Assembly: GCF_001447785.1 (NCBI RefSeq) | Contig: NW_015170887.1 | Coordinates: forward strand, 4,417,886 to 4,481,885 | Origin: Gekko japonicus | Lineage: Eukaryota | DNA length: 64,000 nt | Direction: 5' to 3' | Shown here: positions 27,056-40,900 of the stretch, piece by piece | Numbering within the stretch: position 1 is the first letter of the stretch | Layout of the letters: every line of letters starts with the position of its first letter | The notes under the pieces: model-generated | The model's database searches: none | Seen by the model: the letters and a program-made list of their open reading frames with translations, nothing else | Told to the model about the DNA's origin: nothing | Program-made: the position numbers and the translations under genes

Positions 27056-28424
27056 ACTTGCTCGCATTTCTTCCTTATTGTCATTACTTTCCCCTTTCCT
27101 TCTTCATGATGCCTTTTCTTTGTTCCCAGAGACCAGTTTTAAATTGTAAATTCTTTGGGGAGGTGGCATGTACTTCTTAGCTTATGTTAATGCATAAATT
27201 ATAAAATGAAGATGATGATCTATGAACATAAGAATAAATGAATAAGGAAATACTGATAAGCATTAGTATTGGTCCTGGAGCTATATCCACACAGTAAGTT
27301 GTGCATATACTGGGTACCAAGCTGGAGAAGACAGGGATAATGGTGACTGAGTAAGAGAAAAAAAGTGGGGAGGGAGAGTATGAAATGTAGCAAAAGAAGG
27401 TGGGAAGGCAGCACGAAAGCAAAGGAAATGGCAGCAGGTGATGGAAGAGATGGTGAAAGATTGAGAAGGTGAGAAAGGAAGGATGAAAAGAGATCAGGAT
27501 AAAGACCAGGAGAATTTGGGAGGCCAAGAGTACAATCATAAGGTTTAAAAATCACCAAAATATTAATGGTGACATCCCTGCTTCCTCAGTTTAATGTTGT
27601 GAGACTTTCTGTCATGTGACTTTGAAGCTATAAGACTTCCTGTCACATGCTTGCAGCTCAGTGTGTTAATGTTGAGTCCTTTGAAAAGATTGAAGCTTAA
27701 AAGATCCATATTAGAGTTGTGACAACAATTCCCAAATGGTAGTTCTGTGGGTGCCAAGATGTGTCTGACATCAGTTTAGCATCAGCAGTTATCTAAATTT
27801 TGCAGAATGAGTCAAATGATTCCTCCTCAACAGTTAGACAGACAAGCTACAAGTAAAGGAAGAAAGCAAGGTTTGATGTCATATTTTCCTTAGTGAAGGT
27901 AAAGGAGAAGCAACGAACAGCAGCCTGCACAGAATGTCCAGGGCTAAACTGATTTTTAAAAGATGTTGGAAAAGAATCGATTTGGAGGAGGAATTCAGTC
28001 CCCAATTGCTTGTTGACAAATATGAACACAAGATAGTTTCTATGCCAGTGGTGTGAGATCTCTCTGTTTGCTTAAGTGTTAAAGCTGTCTCATAGAAACT
28101 CAAAAAAACATCAGGCCAGCCTAGTAAATACATGTATAAAAGTGACTAACTTGTACAAAAAATTACTCTCTCATCTGCCCAAACTTTCTTATGTTGGTCA
28201 GGTGTACCTAGCCCGAAGACACAGGAAAGGAACCCAATTTATATCACCCACAGACAATTAAGTGAATGGCTATTGACAAACCTGAGGAAAGTAAGACTCA
28301 CCATTTGTCTTCTTAAACCCCTCCGTTACCTTTCCTCTCTTGCTTTGCATCATCTTCATCTTGCCACCTTTCTTACTCCACCACTCTGCTGGTCTACATC
28401 TCAATCCCATTCCTGTTTAGAGTA

Positions 28425-28900
28425 TTATTTATTTGGCTTCTATCCTGCCCTCCCTGCCGCAGCAGGCTCAGGGCGGCTCACATCATTACGACAGATAAGA
28501 AATTTCTCAGGTAAAATTACAATAAATTAAGTCTAAAAACAATACACAAAGCGCTAGCTGTAACATATAACATGGCGGGAGTCCAACAATCAGTTTAGCA
28601 CATGGTCTGGGTCATATAGGTGGGGTGCAGGCTATTCAATGGTGTTGATGAAGTTACTGATGTTATTAAAGATAGTTGCAGGCGACTCCTTAATCGAACG
28701 CCTGGTGGAAGAGCTCAATTTTACAGGCCCTGCAGAACTATAAAAGGTTCCACAGGGCCCTGATGTCTTCCAGGAGCTCATTCCACCAGTATGGAGCCAC
28801 CACTGAAAAGGCCCTGGCCCTCGTGGCTGCAAGCCTGGCTTCTATGGGGCCTGGGAGGACTAGGCAATTTTGAGTGCCTGATCACAGTGCTCACTGGGGA
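28425..28900 (-). mobile_element. L2-like LINE 3' end
   Basis: (TTTA)n tail, GGCTCAGGGCGGCTCAC stem; body similar to 61155-61790. Confidence 0.75.
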
Positions 28901-29964
28901 ACATGGGAGTAGCCTTTTTCAGTCATTCATCTTGGGGTTGTAAACTTGCAGACAGTGCGTATCCCATTCCTTCAGTCCCAATGGCTGGTATCCACTGAGG
29001 GACTAGGCTAGGAGAAGGCTTCAGACTTTGATGAACTTAGTGATAGCATACAGGCCAATGACTGTGTTGAATCTGAACCTAGCATACTAAATATTTAGTC
29101 TAGAAGAAAGCTGAATAGAGAGCTTCAGGGTGCCTATATAGAAAGAAAAGGGGCAAAGGGCAGGGTCCATAGCTGAAATGCACCTGGCAAAACTGAGTAA
29201 GCCTTCCAGGACACAAAGCTTCAGACACTGCAGTGATGAAGTTGGTGGGGAAGGGGCAGCTGGGGAAACAAGTTGGTCTGCCATGGGAAGGTCAGGGATG
29301 GGGGATGGAGAGAAGCACAGCTGGAAGCAAATGAGCTTGGCAAAGTGTGTGCTATTCATTCCAGCCAGCACACTCAATCACTTTTTATGAGCAGTAAAAA
29401 ATTTCACCCAACTTATTAGGAAGGAAATAATAAACACGTAATAATTTCCTCATTTTTCACGAGTGGAGACTAAGGGGAGAAAAAGGCACTTGCAAGCTCT
29501 TTACACATGCCACCCAAAATGCTCATTCGATAACCTTCTGGTCATTTTTTCTCAATAAAACACTGTATTTATTTCCAATGCTGACAACTGTTTGAAAAGT
29601 TGTATGCCTTCTGCACAGTGTGGTATTATGGACGATGTATTAGGAGCCATATATCTCGTGTGCCTTCTTCCCAGGCACCTAATAACTATGCCTGAGCTCC
29701 ATAAAGAAAAGGCCAGTGACAGGTTTATTCATCTTTTTATTTCCTTGTTGTGCTCAACTCCCTTCTGAAAATGGCTTCTTTCCACTTTAGTCTCTTTTTG
29801 CCTTGTCTGATTTGTAAATGTCTAATAAATTCTGGTGGCATGGTGGATTCAAGGGTGTTGCACATCTTCTTTATCTCAGGATCAGTGTGGAGTGGAACAA
29901 CAGGGGAAAGATACGTTTATAAGAGCTTTCATTTTTGGAGATTAACAGTGCACCCCTATGCAGA

Positions 29965-30335
29965 CTTATTCCAGTCTAAACACATTGAGACCAATAGACA
30001 GTGGGGTAACCCTGGCTAGGGTTGCATTGTAAGACATCTCTTCAGACTTTGGCAGAAAGTGTAGAAAAATGGCAAAAGGTGGATTGCAGTCTTAAAGGTC
30101 AGTTGAAAGTCACATTTATCCTCCTCCCCAAATGAAAACAATGTAGATCTTATTCCAGTCTAAACACATTGAGACCAGTAGACATGTGGGGTAACCCTGG
30201 ATAGGGTTGCATTGTAAGACATCTCTTCATACTTTGGCAGAAAGTGTAGAAAAGTGGCAAAAGGTGGAGTGCAGTCTTAAAGGTCAGATGAAAGTCACAT
30301 TTATCCCCCCTCCCCAAATGAAAACAATGCAGATC
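29965..30335. repeat. Tandem duplication, about 184-bp unit x2, slightly diverged
   Basis: CTTATTCCAGTCTAAACACATTGAGACC starts at 29965 and 30149. Confidence 0.95.
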
Positions 30336-30930
30336 CCATGGTTGATAATGAATTTTGACCCTCCTCTTCCTTCTCAACCAGCTGAATCAAGCAGCTCCCT
30401 CCTGTCCAAGTTTGCATTTCATAATTTCCTTGATACAAGAAATTAATTATGTGTGTGATCCTGAGGAAGTCAACCACTTAAATCCTATTAATTTCATTGA
30501 GAGAGTTAAGCATTTGTTTAGGGTTTTTTGCAATGGAATTCAATGGTATTAAACACCTTTACTATTATTCTATTGCATGATTTTTGGAGGCATCTGAGTT
30601 TTCGACATACATTCCCCCTCCCCCCCCCCAAAAAAAATCAGTTTTGCATCTAGATTGCACTACCAGACAGCCTGCACATGAACAAATCTCCATGTCATTG
30701 CATCTCCCAATATTTTTTGTTTTAGTTTAATGTAGCCACAGGGCTCTGGATTGTGAAAGGGTGTTTAATCCTTTCCCCCATATGTTTGTTTTGATCTAAT
30801 TTGTTCTTCTTATTTCTCTCCCCACAGCAGTTTTCCCAGTAAAGGGGGAAATGAATCTTTCTTCCTTCTTCCTTCAGGTAGAGGATTTAGCTTCAAGAAA
30901 TGGCATAAGCAAAACGGTTATCTAAAATTT

Positions 30931-31262
30931 AAGAACATAAGAGATGCCAATGTTGGATCAGGCCAAAGGCCCATCCAGTCCAACACTCTGTATCACAAAG
31001 TGGCCAGAAATACCAGTGCCATCAGGAGGTCCACCAGTGGGGCCAGGGCACTAGAAGCCCTCCCACTGTTGACCCCCCCAAGCACCAAGAAGACAGAGCA
31101 TCACTTGCCCCAGAGTCCCTATCTATACCTTGTGGCTAATAGCCACCGATGGACCTCTGCTCCATATGCTTATCTAATTCCCTTTTGAAGCCGTCCATGC
31201 TTGTAGCCGCCACCACTTCCTGTGGCAGTGAATTCCATGTGTTAATCACTCTTTGGGTGAAG
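30931..31262 (-). mobile_element. CR1 3' fragment
   Basis: Reverse complement of 38440-38775; AAGAACATAAG tail. Confidence 0.9.
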
Positions 31263-32573
31263 ATTTCTCATGTGCCACTGCCCGAGTCACATCTTGAACG
31301 TCTTCAGATTGTGGACTATCCAGTTTTCTGTACCCTTTAAAAACTGAGAGTCCATGTGGGCAAACAGGTCATTTTATAATGTGGACTCTCCTAGGAGAAG
31401 GCAGCACGAGTCCATCCATACATTTCCTCATGTTTGCACAGGCCACTAGCACCTCCTTCCACAGGATGTGTAAAATTACTCCACTGATACGTAATCTTGA
31501 CACGCATTGACCTCTTCTCCATGCTGTATACACTCTGAAATGTGTATCATTGTAAAACAGAAGCTTTTCTGCAGGCCAGCACACACATTCATACTCCACT
31601 GCAAATGCAGAACACAGCACGTCTTCCATGCCTGTCTCCGTCTCCCTTTCTTTCTCATTTAGGAACAGATACAGAGATATCACCTACACTCATCCTCGCT
31701 CTGCCGCTTACGGAGGAATGCAGAAAGCTTATTACTCTCTAACAAGTGAGCTCTGAGACAGAGAGACAATGGGAGCTCATGAATTGTGATGTAGTAGCAG
31801 GCTCTTGAATACCGTATAGGATTTTATGTGTAGATGGTATCTCATTTCAGGGCATTTCCCCCCCTTACAGTATTTTCTTTTCAGCTCTGATATAGATGGG
31901 AAGCACTCATTTAAATTGCAGTCAGAAGGTGATGATTGTTTTAATGGGAAAAGCTCTTAACGAGCTAGTTCATTCTACTGGGACGGGACGCCATGTGCTA
32001 GTTCACCAGAACTGTTGAAAGGTCTGGTAACAGCAGTCCACTCTTATTACTGCTGAAGTGCTTTACAGCTTTCCAAGGCAGGCAAGCAGAACACAGCTCC
32101 TGCTAGTTCTGCCAGAGGGAGTTTCCCCTGGAGCCCACCTGGGAGAACTGGTGGCTACTGAAGGCAGAGTGACGGCTGTTGAATGGTGCAAATGGCAAAG
32201 GGTGTGAGGCCTAGAGGATGCTGTCAAGAGATGGTTTCTCTGCAGGTTGTCAGGCCATTGTTTCTCATTTATGTAGAGAAGCACCTCATATGCCTAGCTG
32301 CATTCACTCATTGCAGGGTTAGATGGTGAATTAGTGGGAGACCTCTTACTGTTGGCCTGCTGTCCTCACTGCCACTCAGCAGGGCAGTGGGGGGGGATGG
32401 GGGGTGAAGGTGTCACACCAATGGTGCAATGTTACTCCTAGGGCAAACCTGGAAGTGTCATCACTGCATCAGTGTGATGTTCTCAGATCCCCAAAACTGT
32501 ATGGTAAAACGAAGACAGTGATATCACTTCTGGGTTTATGCCCCCTCCCTCCCATGCCATCCTCCCCCCCCCT

Positions 32574-32575
<2 letters not shown>

Positions 32576-32612
<37 letters not shown>
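32576..32612. repeat. (CA)n microsatellite
   Basis: Direct reading. Confidence 0.95.
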
Positions 32613-32614
<2 letters not shown>

Positions 32615-32679
32615 AGCCTGGGGCCTCTGATGGACTTTGTCAACTCCCTTGCTCATCAATGTCTTCTCCCAGTTTATTC

Positions 32680-32900
32680 ATTTAGATATCTATACTCCAT
32701 TTTTCCCCTCAAGGGATCCAAAGTGGCCTATAATATTGTTCTCCCCTCCTTCATTTTATCCTCACAACAACTAGGTGAGGTAGATTAAGCTGAGAGGGAG
32801 TCATTGACCCAAAATCACCAAACAAGCTTCCCTGGCCAAGTGGGGATTTGAACCCATGTCTTCCAGTTGCTATCTGACACTCTAACCACTGCACCATATT
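32680..32900 (-). mobile_element. Old MIR/Squam3-like SINE
   Basis: TTTTATCCTCACAACAA...GTGAGGTAG...GGGATTTGAACCC...CTCTAACCACTGCACCA. Confidence 0.7.
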
Positions 32901-35900
32901 AATGCACATATATCTGAAATCAGATATGTCTCCTAAGAATTGTTTGGTAAAACATCTCCTGGGGCTTGGACTGGCTCAGATTTCTACCATCCAATCCCAT
33001 TAGTTTCAATAAGTATCAGCTTCACAGAAAACATGCAGTTTCAACCAACTTTATTGGAGGCCAAAAGAGGATACAGGTATAACTAGATAACAACAATTAC
33101 TTACAGACAACCAGGACCTACAGCACTCTGTTAACTGCAGGCACCAAACTATGATGACTAGGCCAAAGCAGAAAGTATGTCTTAAAGTTACAGCAACTAT
33201 TTAGACAACAGTTCAAAGACCACCAAGGCCACTAGAATGAACCTGAGTAATTCTGCATATACTTAGGGGAAATATAGCTTCTGTTCCTGTTTCCCTGGAG
33301 GGGTCCATCCCTGTCTTTTTGCATTCTCTGCTGGGAAAAGAAAGGCAGCAAGGAGGAGTTTCTGTCTTCTGGATGTCAAAGTGGTTCCTTTTCTGAAGTT
33401 ATACCCTGGAGATTCTCTCAAGTGAGCTGGTAATGTAAGTGTGGAAGTAGAAAAAAGTACAGGCTGAAGAAAGTCTTTGGCATAGACCATAATCATAAAT
33501 GCAGTGATCAAGGTGGCAGCTCCAGTTAACAGTTCTCCTGTGTGTTGGGAGAACGTGAATGTTTCTCATCATTTGCTTGAAATTGCTGGAACCTGAGTCC
33601 CCTTTGTGAGACCCTCTCCATTGGTTCTCAGCCACATCCAAACATAACTTCCACTTAATCTAATGAAAGGCGCTTACCATCATGGGAGCAAAGAAAGATG
33701 GCGATAAAATGAAATTTTGAGGGGGAGTTTTATGACCAAGATTTGCCAAGCTTGGCTATGTATTCCCACAGCCATCATTCTGAGAAGTCACTGAAAGTTC
33801 AGAGTCATCACAGCCTGAATTTTAAGAAATAATAGCAGACTTAACACCATGCTCAGCTAGTCATGCAAACAGATTGGAGGTTAGTAACTAGATAAAGATG
33901 TCATGAATACAGATGCTTCCAGAATTCTCCTCATTTGGATTCTTTTGGAATTGGAGTTCTGAATTATCTGGTCTTGATTCAGATTGGGAACTGAATGCTG
34001 TGTGCATGTGGTGACAGGGAAAACACCCATCTTGCCCTAAATCCCCTTTTTCCTTTGTATCTAAGATGAAACGATCCTGCTGTGTCTACTGAGTCCCAGC
34101 TAGAAGGAACACTTAACAGGAGGCAGGTATCACATTCAAGAAGGAGGGACAAAAACTCCCCAACATCTGACAGTTCCAATAGCCAAGTCAATTAACAGAA
34201 TGACCTGTTAATGGTTTTCACCATACCTTTAGGTTAAGTCCAGAATCCCCATATGACCAGGGGAAAGGAAGACATCACATCAGTTTCTGACTAGGTCAAT
34301 GAGGTGACTGAGTCCCAGTTTTTGATCTATCCAACAAGACTCCAACCTGTTGTCCTCTGTTCTGTTTCTGACCACGACTGGAGGAGTGGAGAGGGCTGAA
34401 CCTCATCGCCCATCACACTGGCAATGCAGTATTTAATACTGATAGGGGATTTATTTGGTCAACTGATGTGTTTTTATGTCTCTTTTTGCTTTTGTGGATT
34501 TTGTCTGACTTCCTTTCTGACTTTTCAACTAAATCTGTACTTATTCCATGCCTCATGTTTTCTACCTTTTGTATCCAAATAAGCTTCTTCAGTTCTACTC
34601 AGAATAAGTTGTTGATACATTTCTTTGGACTAAGTCAAGTCTGCCCTAGACCCCTCAGCACTCCTCCCCCCAGGGAAGCACAGAAAATATTACCTTTCCA
34701 TCCTGGTTTTCTTTTGCTTGTGGTAACGAATTGATTGCTGTCCAGGGTCCTGACTGGGCTAAGGCTTAAAATTCTGTTGCTAGAGGGAGAAGAAACTTCC
34801 TTTCCCCAGCGCTTATTGGGTGTTTTCAGCTCCATATACCCTGTACCCTGGCCAAAAACAAGCCCTTTGCTTTGGTCACAATCTTGTGCAGTTTGTACAA
34901 CTTTCATTCAATTCATTTGTGGAGTTTCCTTTTCCATATTAATGATGTCAAGTATGCACGTGACTGGGGGAAGAGAGCTGGAGATGAACATTTACTGAAG
35001 AATTATATACATGTTCCAATTCTGGAATTAATTTTGCAATTTCTTCTAATTAAGCCCTAATTCAGGATAAGGGGAATGTAGGGCAGAACACCAGAACAAT
35101 GAAGTCATGGGTGTTCAGGATAAGGGGAATGTAGGGCAGAACAAATCCACCAGAACAATGAAGTCATGGGTATGTAATGAACCATCCACAGACTTCACAA
35201 AATGAGATTTTTCCCCACTTCCTCTTCCTGCTGCATCCCCTTTACACCCATTTAGTTGTTCTTCAGAGTCAGTTGACCCTCAAGAGCAGCATAGAGAACA
35301 AAGTGAAGTTTTTCAGAGGGAGGGGAACTCAAGAAATAGCTCCCCTTTCTGCAAATGGAAATGCTTTTTTTGTGGGGGGAGGAATTGCACAGTTGAATAC
35401 ATGCTATGGAATGAAGGAAATATTCTCATCCCTGCTTACAAATATGATTTTATGCCCCTCATAGTAAATAGTGCATGATCACTGTTGGTGATGAGTCTCC
35501 TTGAAGAATCTACAAGGTTGTGCATGTTCTTTATTGGAGATGTGACAAAAAGCAGTGGCTTAATTATGCAAGCTGCTGTACAATTAAGCCAATTGCGCAT
35601 GAGATACGAATCTGCTGCTTCGATCTGTGTATGGATTACAGTTTATATGTTGGATGTTTTAACTGTTTATTGATTTTGTGAATTCTCTTTTTCATGTTAC
35701 TGCTTTTTAGGAAAAGCACTGCAAGAACCCATTGAGTTAGCAGATGGGATCTTTTAGAAATAAATAAAATATTAATAAATAGCAATTGAAATCTATGCAA
35801 TGAAGTCAGTTCCTCATGCTCTGCACTAGATAATTTGGCTCTGTAATATACTGCTTAGAATGTCTGCTGGTTTGGGGATTTTTGTATTTTCACATTTGTG

Positions 35901-35919
35901 TGTGTGTGTGTGCGTGCAT

Positions 35920-36128
35920 GTGCGCCCATGCCTGGAAATCATGGCGATCTCTGGCGACTCCTACTGGGGCATGTAGGACATTCAGAGATGTGGCTTGATA
36001 CCCTGTCTCTGCCTGCTAGCCCTGGTATTGTTTGGAGGTCTCCCATCCAAATACTTGCCAGGGTCAGCCCTGCTTCGCTTCCAAGATCTGATGAGATCAG
36101 GCTTGCCTGGGCTATACAGGTCAGGGCA
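35920..36128 (-). mobile_element. 5S rRNA-derived SINE
   Basis: GGTCTCCCATCCAAATACT...CCCTGCTTCGCTTCCAAGATCTGATGAGATCAGG resembles the reverse complement of 5S rRNA. Confidence 0.75.
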
Positions 36129-37618
36129 GAATGTCTGCTCTTTTGAGAGAGGTGCAGGCCATGCACTAAAACCAGTCACATATGTTTTATGTAACAAGGA
36201 ATCTGGAATTGTGAAAAAAATATCTTTGCAAAAATCCTATGTGCATTCTTCTTGAAAAGTATCTCAAACCTGCTGTGCTAGTATCCCGAAGATGGAAATA
36301 TCTACAGAAATTAACAGAAAGGTTTCATGTGTCACTAATTGTAGAGAGGGAAGAGTTTTTAAAGTTATGTTGTTGCAGAGATGCCACGTTGTATTTCAAC
36401 CCTGAGATAAATGAGTTCCAATAGCTTAAAGATTATAGACATCTGTTTTCCTTTCATAGCATCTTTCAACTTAGAGGATTTTACCGATAAGATTTCATTG
36501 TCTACCTGTGATTTTCCGTGGAAAGTCAGTACACAGTGAGGTTTTTCCTTTCCAAACAAATCAGTGAGAGGGCCAGAAATAGAACCCCGGAGTCCTGACT
36601 TTCCATCCACTGATTATAGGTGCCAGATAACATTTGACCTGGCGCCTTGTGCTCCAGCAGGTCTAATAACAGAAGACAGGTTTCTACCCACCCTGTCAAG
36701 TGTTATTGATTTACTCTGTCGTCTCTCTGCCCATGACATCAAGGCTTTTAGATGTTGCTCTGGTACCATGTGCTCTTCTCAGAATTCTCTTATGTATTTT
36801 TGCATCTGGCACTACATTCCATCTTTAAACACTTCTAGTTGTGGCAAGGTCTCCTGGCCACATTAAAGTCCTGATTATGAACAGCTCATAAAAAAGCTAA
36901 TGCATAATGGATGGATGTGACACAGTCGCTTCAAGGGATGGCTCTGCAGGTGTTTTAATTGTAAACAAATGAGGAAAAGGAGTTATACCAGTTGTTAAGA
37001 GCCATCACTGCATATGTGTCTTGTTGGATCTAAAACAGCCCCTGCCCAATGGTCAGCTGTCCAGGGCTAGGTAGTATATCTCACAGGACTATCCCTAAAA
37101 GATTTTTTTTTAATCATCAAACTAAACGTGTGGATTTGGCATAAATGTGCTTAAAATATGCAGTTAATTTATGTGTAATACCTCCCCCCACTGCCAGTGA
37201 CCCCTGCTTTATGCCCAGAGGAGGGCAAACCCCCCCCCAACCTCCAGGATCCCTAGCCAAACTGGCCTGGAGAACAAATGCTTCCTGACCCCAAAGTGGC
37301 AATCAGCATTTCCCTGAGTGTTTAAGAAAGGGCCACAAGAACTAAGCACTGAGGCAACCCTTCCTGCCCTCCCTTCTCATAATCTGCCTAAGTTCACACA
37401 ACCAGCATTGCCGTCAGATGGCCATCCAACCATTAAGTCACTGTACTGTCATGTGCAGGACTCCTGTAATTCACATTTGCTTCTGAACACTACAGCCATT
37501 GGGAAAAGGTTACATACAAAATCCTTTTTTTTAATTAATCAGGCTTGCATACAGCCATCCACAGGACACTTTGAATTACATCTGTATACTCAGCAGACTC
37601 TAAGGGCCAAGCCATATG

Positions 37619-38775
37619 TGACTTCCAGAAAGCTTTTGATAAAGTTCCTCATCAAAGCCTCCTAAGTAAGCTCAAAAATCATGGGATAAAAGGACAAGTC
37701 CTTTTATGGATCAAAAACTGGCGAATTAATAAAAAAACAGAGAGTGAGTATAAATGGGCAGTTCTCTCAGTGGAGGGGGGTAAGCAGTGGGGTACCGCAG
37801 GGATCAGTACTTGGTCCACTGCTTTTTAACTTGTTCATTAATGATTTGGAGTTGGGAGTAAGCAGTGAAGTGGCTAAATTTGCGGATGATACGAAGTTGT
37901 TCAGGGTGGTGAAAACCAGTGAGGATTGTGAGGCACTCCAAAGGGATCTGTCAAAGATGGGCAAGTGGGCGTCAACATGGCAAATGGGGTTCAATGTGGC
38001 CAAGTGCAAGGTGATGCACATTGGAGCCAAAAATCCTAAATATAAATACACATTGATGGGGTCTGAACTGGCAGAGACAGATCAAGAGAGAGATCTTGGA
38101 GTTGTAGTAGATAACTCACTGAAAATGTCAAGACAGTGTGTGACTGCAATAAAGAAGGCCAATGCTATGCTGGGGATTATTAGGAAGGGTATTGTAAACA
38201 GATCAGCCAATATCATAATGCCGCTATATAAATCAATGGTGCGACCTCATCTGGAATACTGTGTGCAATTGGAGAAACGACGACTGAGGGGTGACATGAT
38301 TGAGGGTTACAAGATTATGCATGGGAAAGAGCAGGTAGAGAAAGAGGTACTTTTCTCCCTTTCTCACAATACAAGAACTTGTGGGCACTCCATGAAATTG
38401 CTGAGCGGTCGGGTTAGAACGGATAAGAGGAAGTACTTCTTCACCCAAAGAGTGATTAACACTTGGAATTCACTGCCACAGGAAGTGGTGGGTGCTACAA
38501 GCATGGACGGCTTCAAAAGGGAATTAGATAAGCATATGGAGCAGAGGTCCATCAGCGGCTATTAGCCACAAGGTATAGATAGGGACTCTGGGGCAAGTGA
38601 TGCTCTGTCATCTTGGTGCTTGGGGGGGGTCAACAGTGGGATGGCTTCTAATGTCCTGGCCCCACTGGTGGACCTCCTGATGGCACTGGTATTTCTGGCC
38701 ACTGTGTGATACAGAGCGTTGGACTGGATGGGCCTTTGGCCTGATCCAACATTGGCATCTCTTATGTTCTTATGT
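37619..38775 (+). mobile_element. CR1 LINE, 5'-truncated; ORF2 reverse transcriptase remnant (ORF 37744-38565)
   Basis: DFQKAFDKVPH, SGVPQGSVLGPLLFNLFINDL, KFADDTKL, FTQRVINTWNSLP; frameshift near 37735; in-frame deletion between HLEYCVQ and LEKRRLRGD; TTCTTATG tail. Confidence 0.97.
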
Positions 38776-40235
38776 GATGCTGAATATCCATATATGAATA
38801 CCCATAAGGATAATTGAGCTGCAAAAGAAAGCTATAGAGCAGCCCAATATGGAACAGAGCTACAATGCTGGGGAAGGGAAAGTTTCATTCTCCCCAACAC
38901 TATTTCCTGGGTCAGCCCATCTGCTAAGAAGCCTTAGGTGATAGAGGCATGGAGGAGCACCAACCACATGTCTTGATATCCCCAGTGGGGGGGGCATGGG
39001 AAGTGAGTTGATTTCCTCCCTCTATCAGGGAACAGGTTGGGGGCTGGCCCAGTTATCCCTCTTCTTCCTTTGCTTGAGGTTGCCCTGGAGCAGAAGGAAG
39101 ACAGGCAGTGGCCTCCTGCCCTTTCCTGCCCTGATGAGGCAGTACTTCTAGGGTGGATGCTGCACATAGATCCTTAACATCTCTTATGATCTGGCCTATA
39201 ATGAGTATAATATCATGACTGCAGTTCAGAGCATCATCTAAAATGGGGGAGAACTGGAAATCTACCTTGTTCAGGCTAAAGGTCTCCATGGAGATCCATC
39301 AGTATAGCTAACTAGTCAGCATCAATTTCTACATTCATGTTTAGCAGTAGTAGTGTTGTGCATGTGCCAGATTTTTCCAAGTATCTTCTGAACTATTAGC
39401 ATCTTTCAGTGTGGGTACAAGAACACCTCTTTGGCTTCCTTTGTGGTTTTCCTATGGGTTAATAATGGCTTTCTTGACCTCATCAGAGAAGTCAAGGAAT
39501 AGTTTGGGAAAGGGATAGTGATCAGCATTGAACTCAACCATGCATGTCTAAAGAGAAGTTTTCAGCTATGAAAGTCTGTGAAATTACATCAGAGACTAAT
39601 GTTGGTGCTGGGATTTTATGTGTAAATGCTCTTGCAAGCATTTGCTAGGAGCTATCAGCCTTAACAAAATGGCACTTGTAAGAAGGGACCATTATTTTCA
39701 CAGATCAACTAATCAGGCCATAATGACAGTGTAATTTGTGTAGTCCCTGCCCTGTTTCATTCAAGATTCACTCCAGCAATGACACCCACAAGACATTAGT
39801 CATCTAATAACAACTAGGGAAGGGGGCAGGTGGGATTAATAAATATGCATGTCTGAAAGAACCTTTCCAATTTTATGTATTCCCCACTCCTACGCTCTCC
39901 AGCTGTTGCTCATCTTTTTAAAGGGTATAATGTTTATTGCAGAATAAATGTGGGCTGTTTCCCCCCATTGCACTTGATTAAATCTTTTAACTGGTTAAAA
40001 ATCATCTGGCCAGCAGAGTCCTTCTCATAACTGAACTTCTTACATAAATTAATAAAACAGAGCAGTACCCTCTGATTGTTATAGCTACAGGGTGCCACAA
40101 ACAGAATGTACTAAAATGCACCTCGTAGCATTACCCTGTGGTCAGCTATTAAGGTTTGCTATAACTAGCCCAGCAGAAACACCATTTGAATCAACTAACC
40201 AATATAACAATTCCTTCCTAGTCACACATTGATGG

Positions 40236-40900
40236 TGGTGGCGGCTACAAGCATGGACGGCTTCAAAAGGGAATTAGATAAGCATATGGAGCAGAGGTCC
40301 ATTGGTGGCTATTTATTTATTTATACATTCAGCTTATATACCGCCCTGACCCCTAAGGGTCTCTGGGCGGTTCACATATACATTGCAAATGCTACTACCC
40401 TATCTAAGGCCATATAGTACAGGGACAGGGCTGGAGCGCGGTCCGTTTCAGTTCCGGCTCCAACTCACGTCCGCTTCCGGCTCCAGCCGCACCTCCAACC
40501 TCCATGTCACCGCACTTTCCACCTCCGCCTCCATCGTCATTGGGGCTCCACCTCTTGATGTTACATCCGCTAGACACCAGGGCTCGCCTCGCCAATCTTG
40601 CCGCCGCTGCCTCGTTGCTCCGCCACCACTGCTCCCACCACACACCTCATACAGAGGTGGGTGCCCCCTGCCACCTAAGGGCAGGTACCCATTTATCTAC
40701 TTGCTATTTTTACAACTTTCGAACCGCTGGGTGGGCCACAGTGGGTCTCGAACAGCCATAGTGGGAGGGCTTCTAATGTCCTGGCCCTACTGGTGGACCT
40801 CCTGATGGCACTGGTATTTCTGGCCACTGTGTGACACAGAGTGTTGGACTGGATGGGCCTTTGGTCTGATCCAACATTGGCATCTCTTATGTTCTTATGT
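40236..40900 (+). mobile_element. CR1 3' fragment interrupted by a SINE-like insert
   Basis: 40236-40310 and 40758-40900 match 38485-38775. Confidence 0.9.
40311..40757 (-). mobile_element. Chimeric SINE-like element (Sauria-like head, L2-like tail)
   Basis: Minus strand: B box GTTCGAGACCC, GGTTCGAAAG...GCAAGTAGATAAATGGGTACC, GC-rich body, GTGAACCGCCCAGAG...GGGCGGTATATAA and (ATAA)n tail. Confidence 0.7.

Noticed and set aside
27177-27558. Hydrophobic minus-strand ORFs resembling membrane proteins
   Set aside because: Translation of a purine-rich low-complexity tract
32941-33644. Possible solo LTR (TGTTTGG...CCAAACA, minus-strand AATAAA)
   Set aside because: No matching TSD on the flanks, so unsupported
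33979-34191. Exon-like open frames on both strands
   Set aside because: No recognisable protein and no convincing splice-site pair
35920-36128. 5S rRNA gene; likewise tRNA genes at the SINE heads
   Set aside because: Partial, diverged and fused to SINE bodies
37744-38565. 273-aa ORF as a host gene or active reverse transcriptase
   Set aside because: 5'-truncated CR1 with an upstream frameshift and an internal deletion
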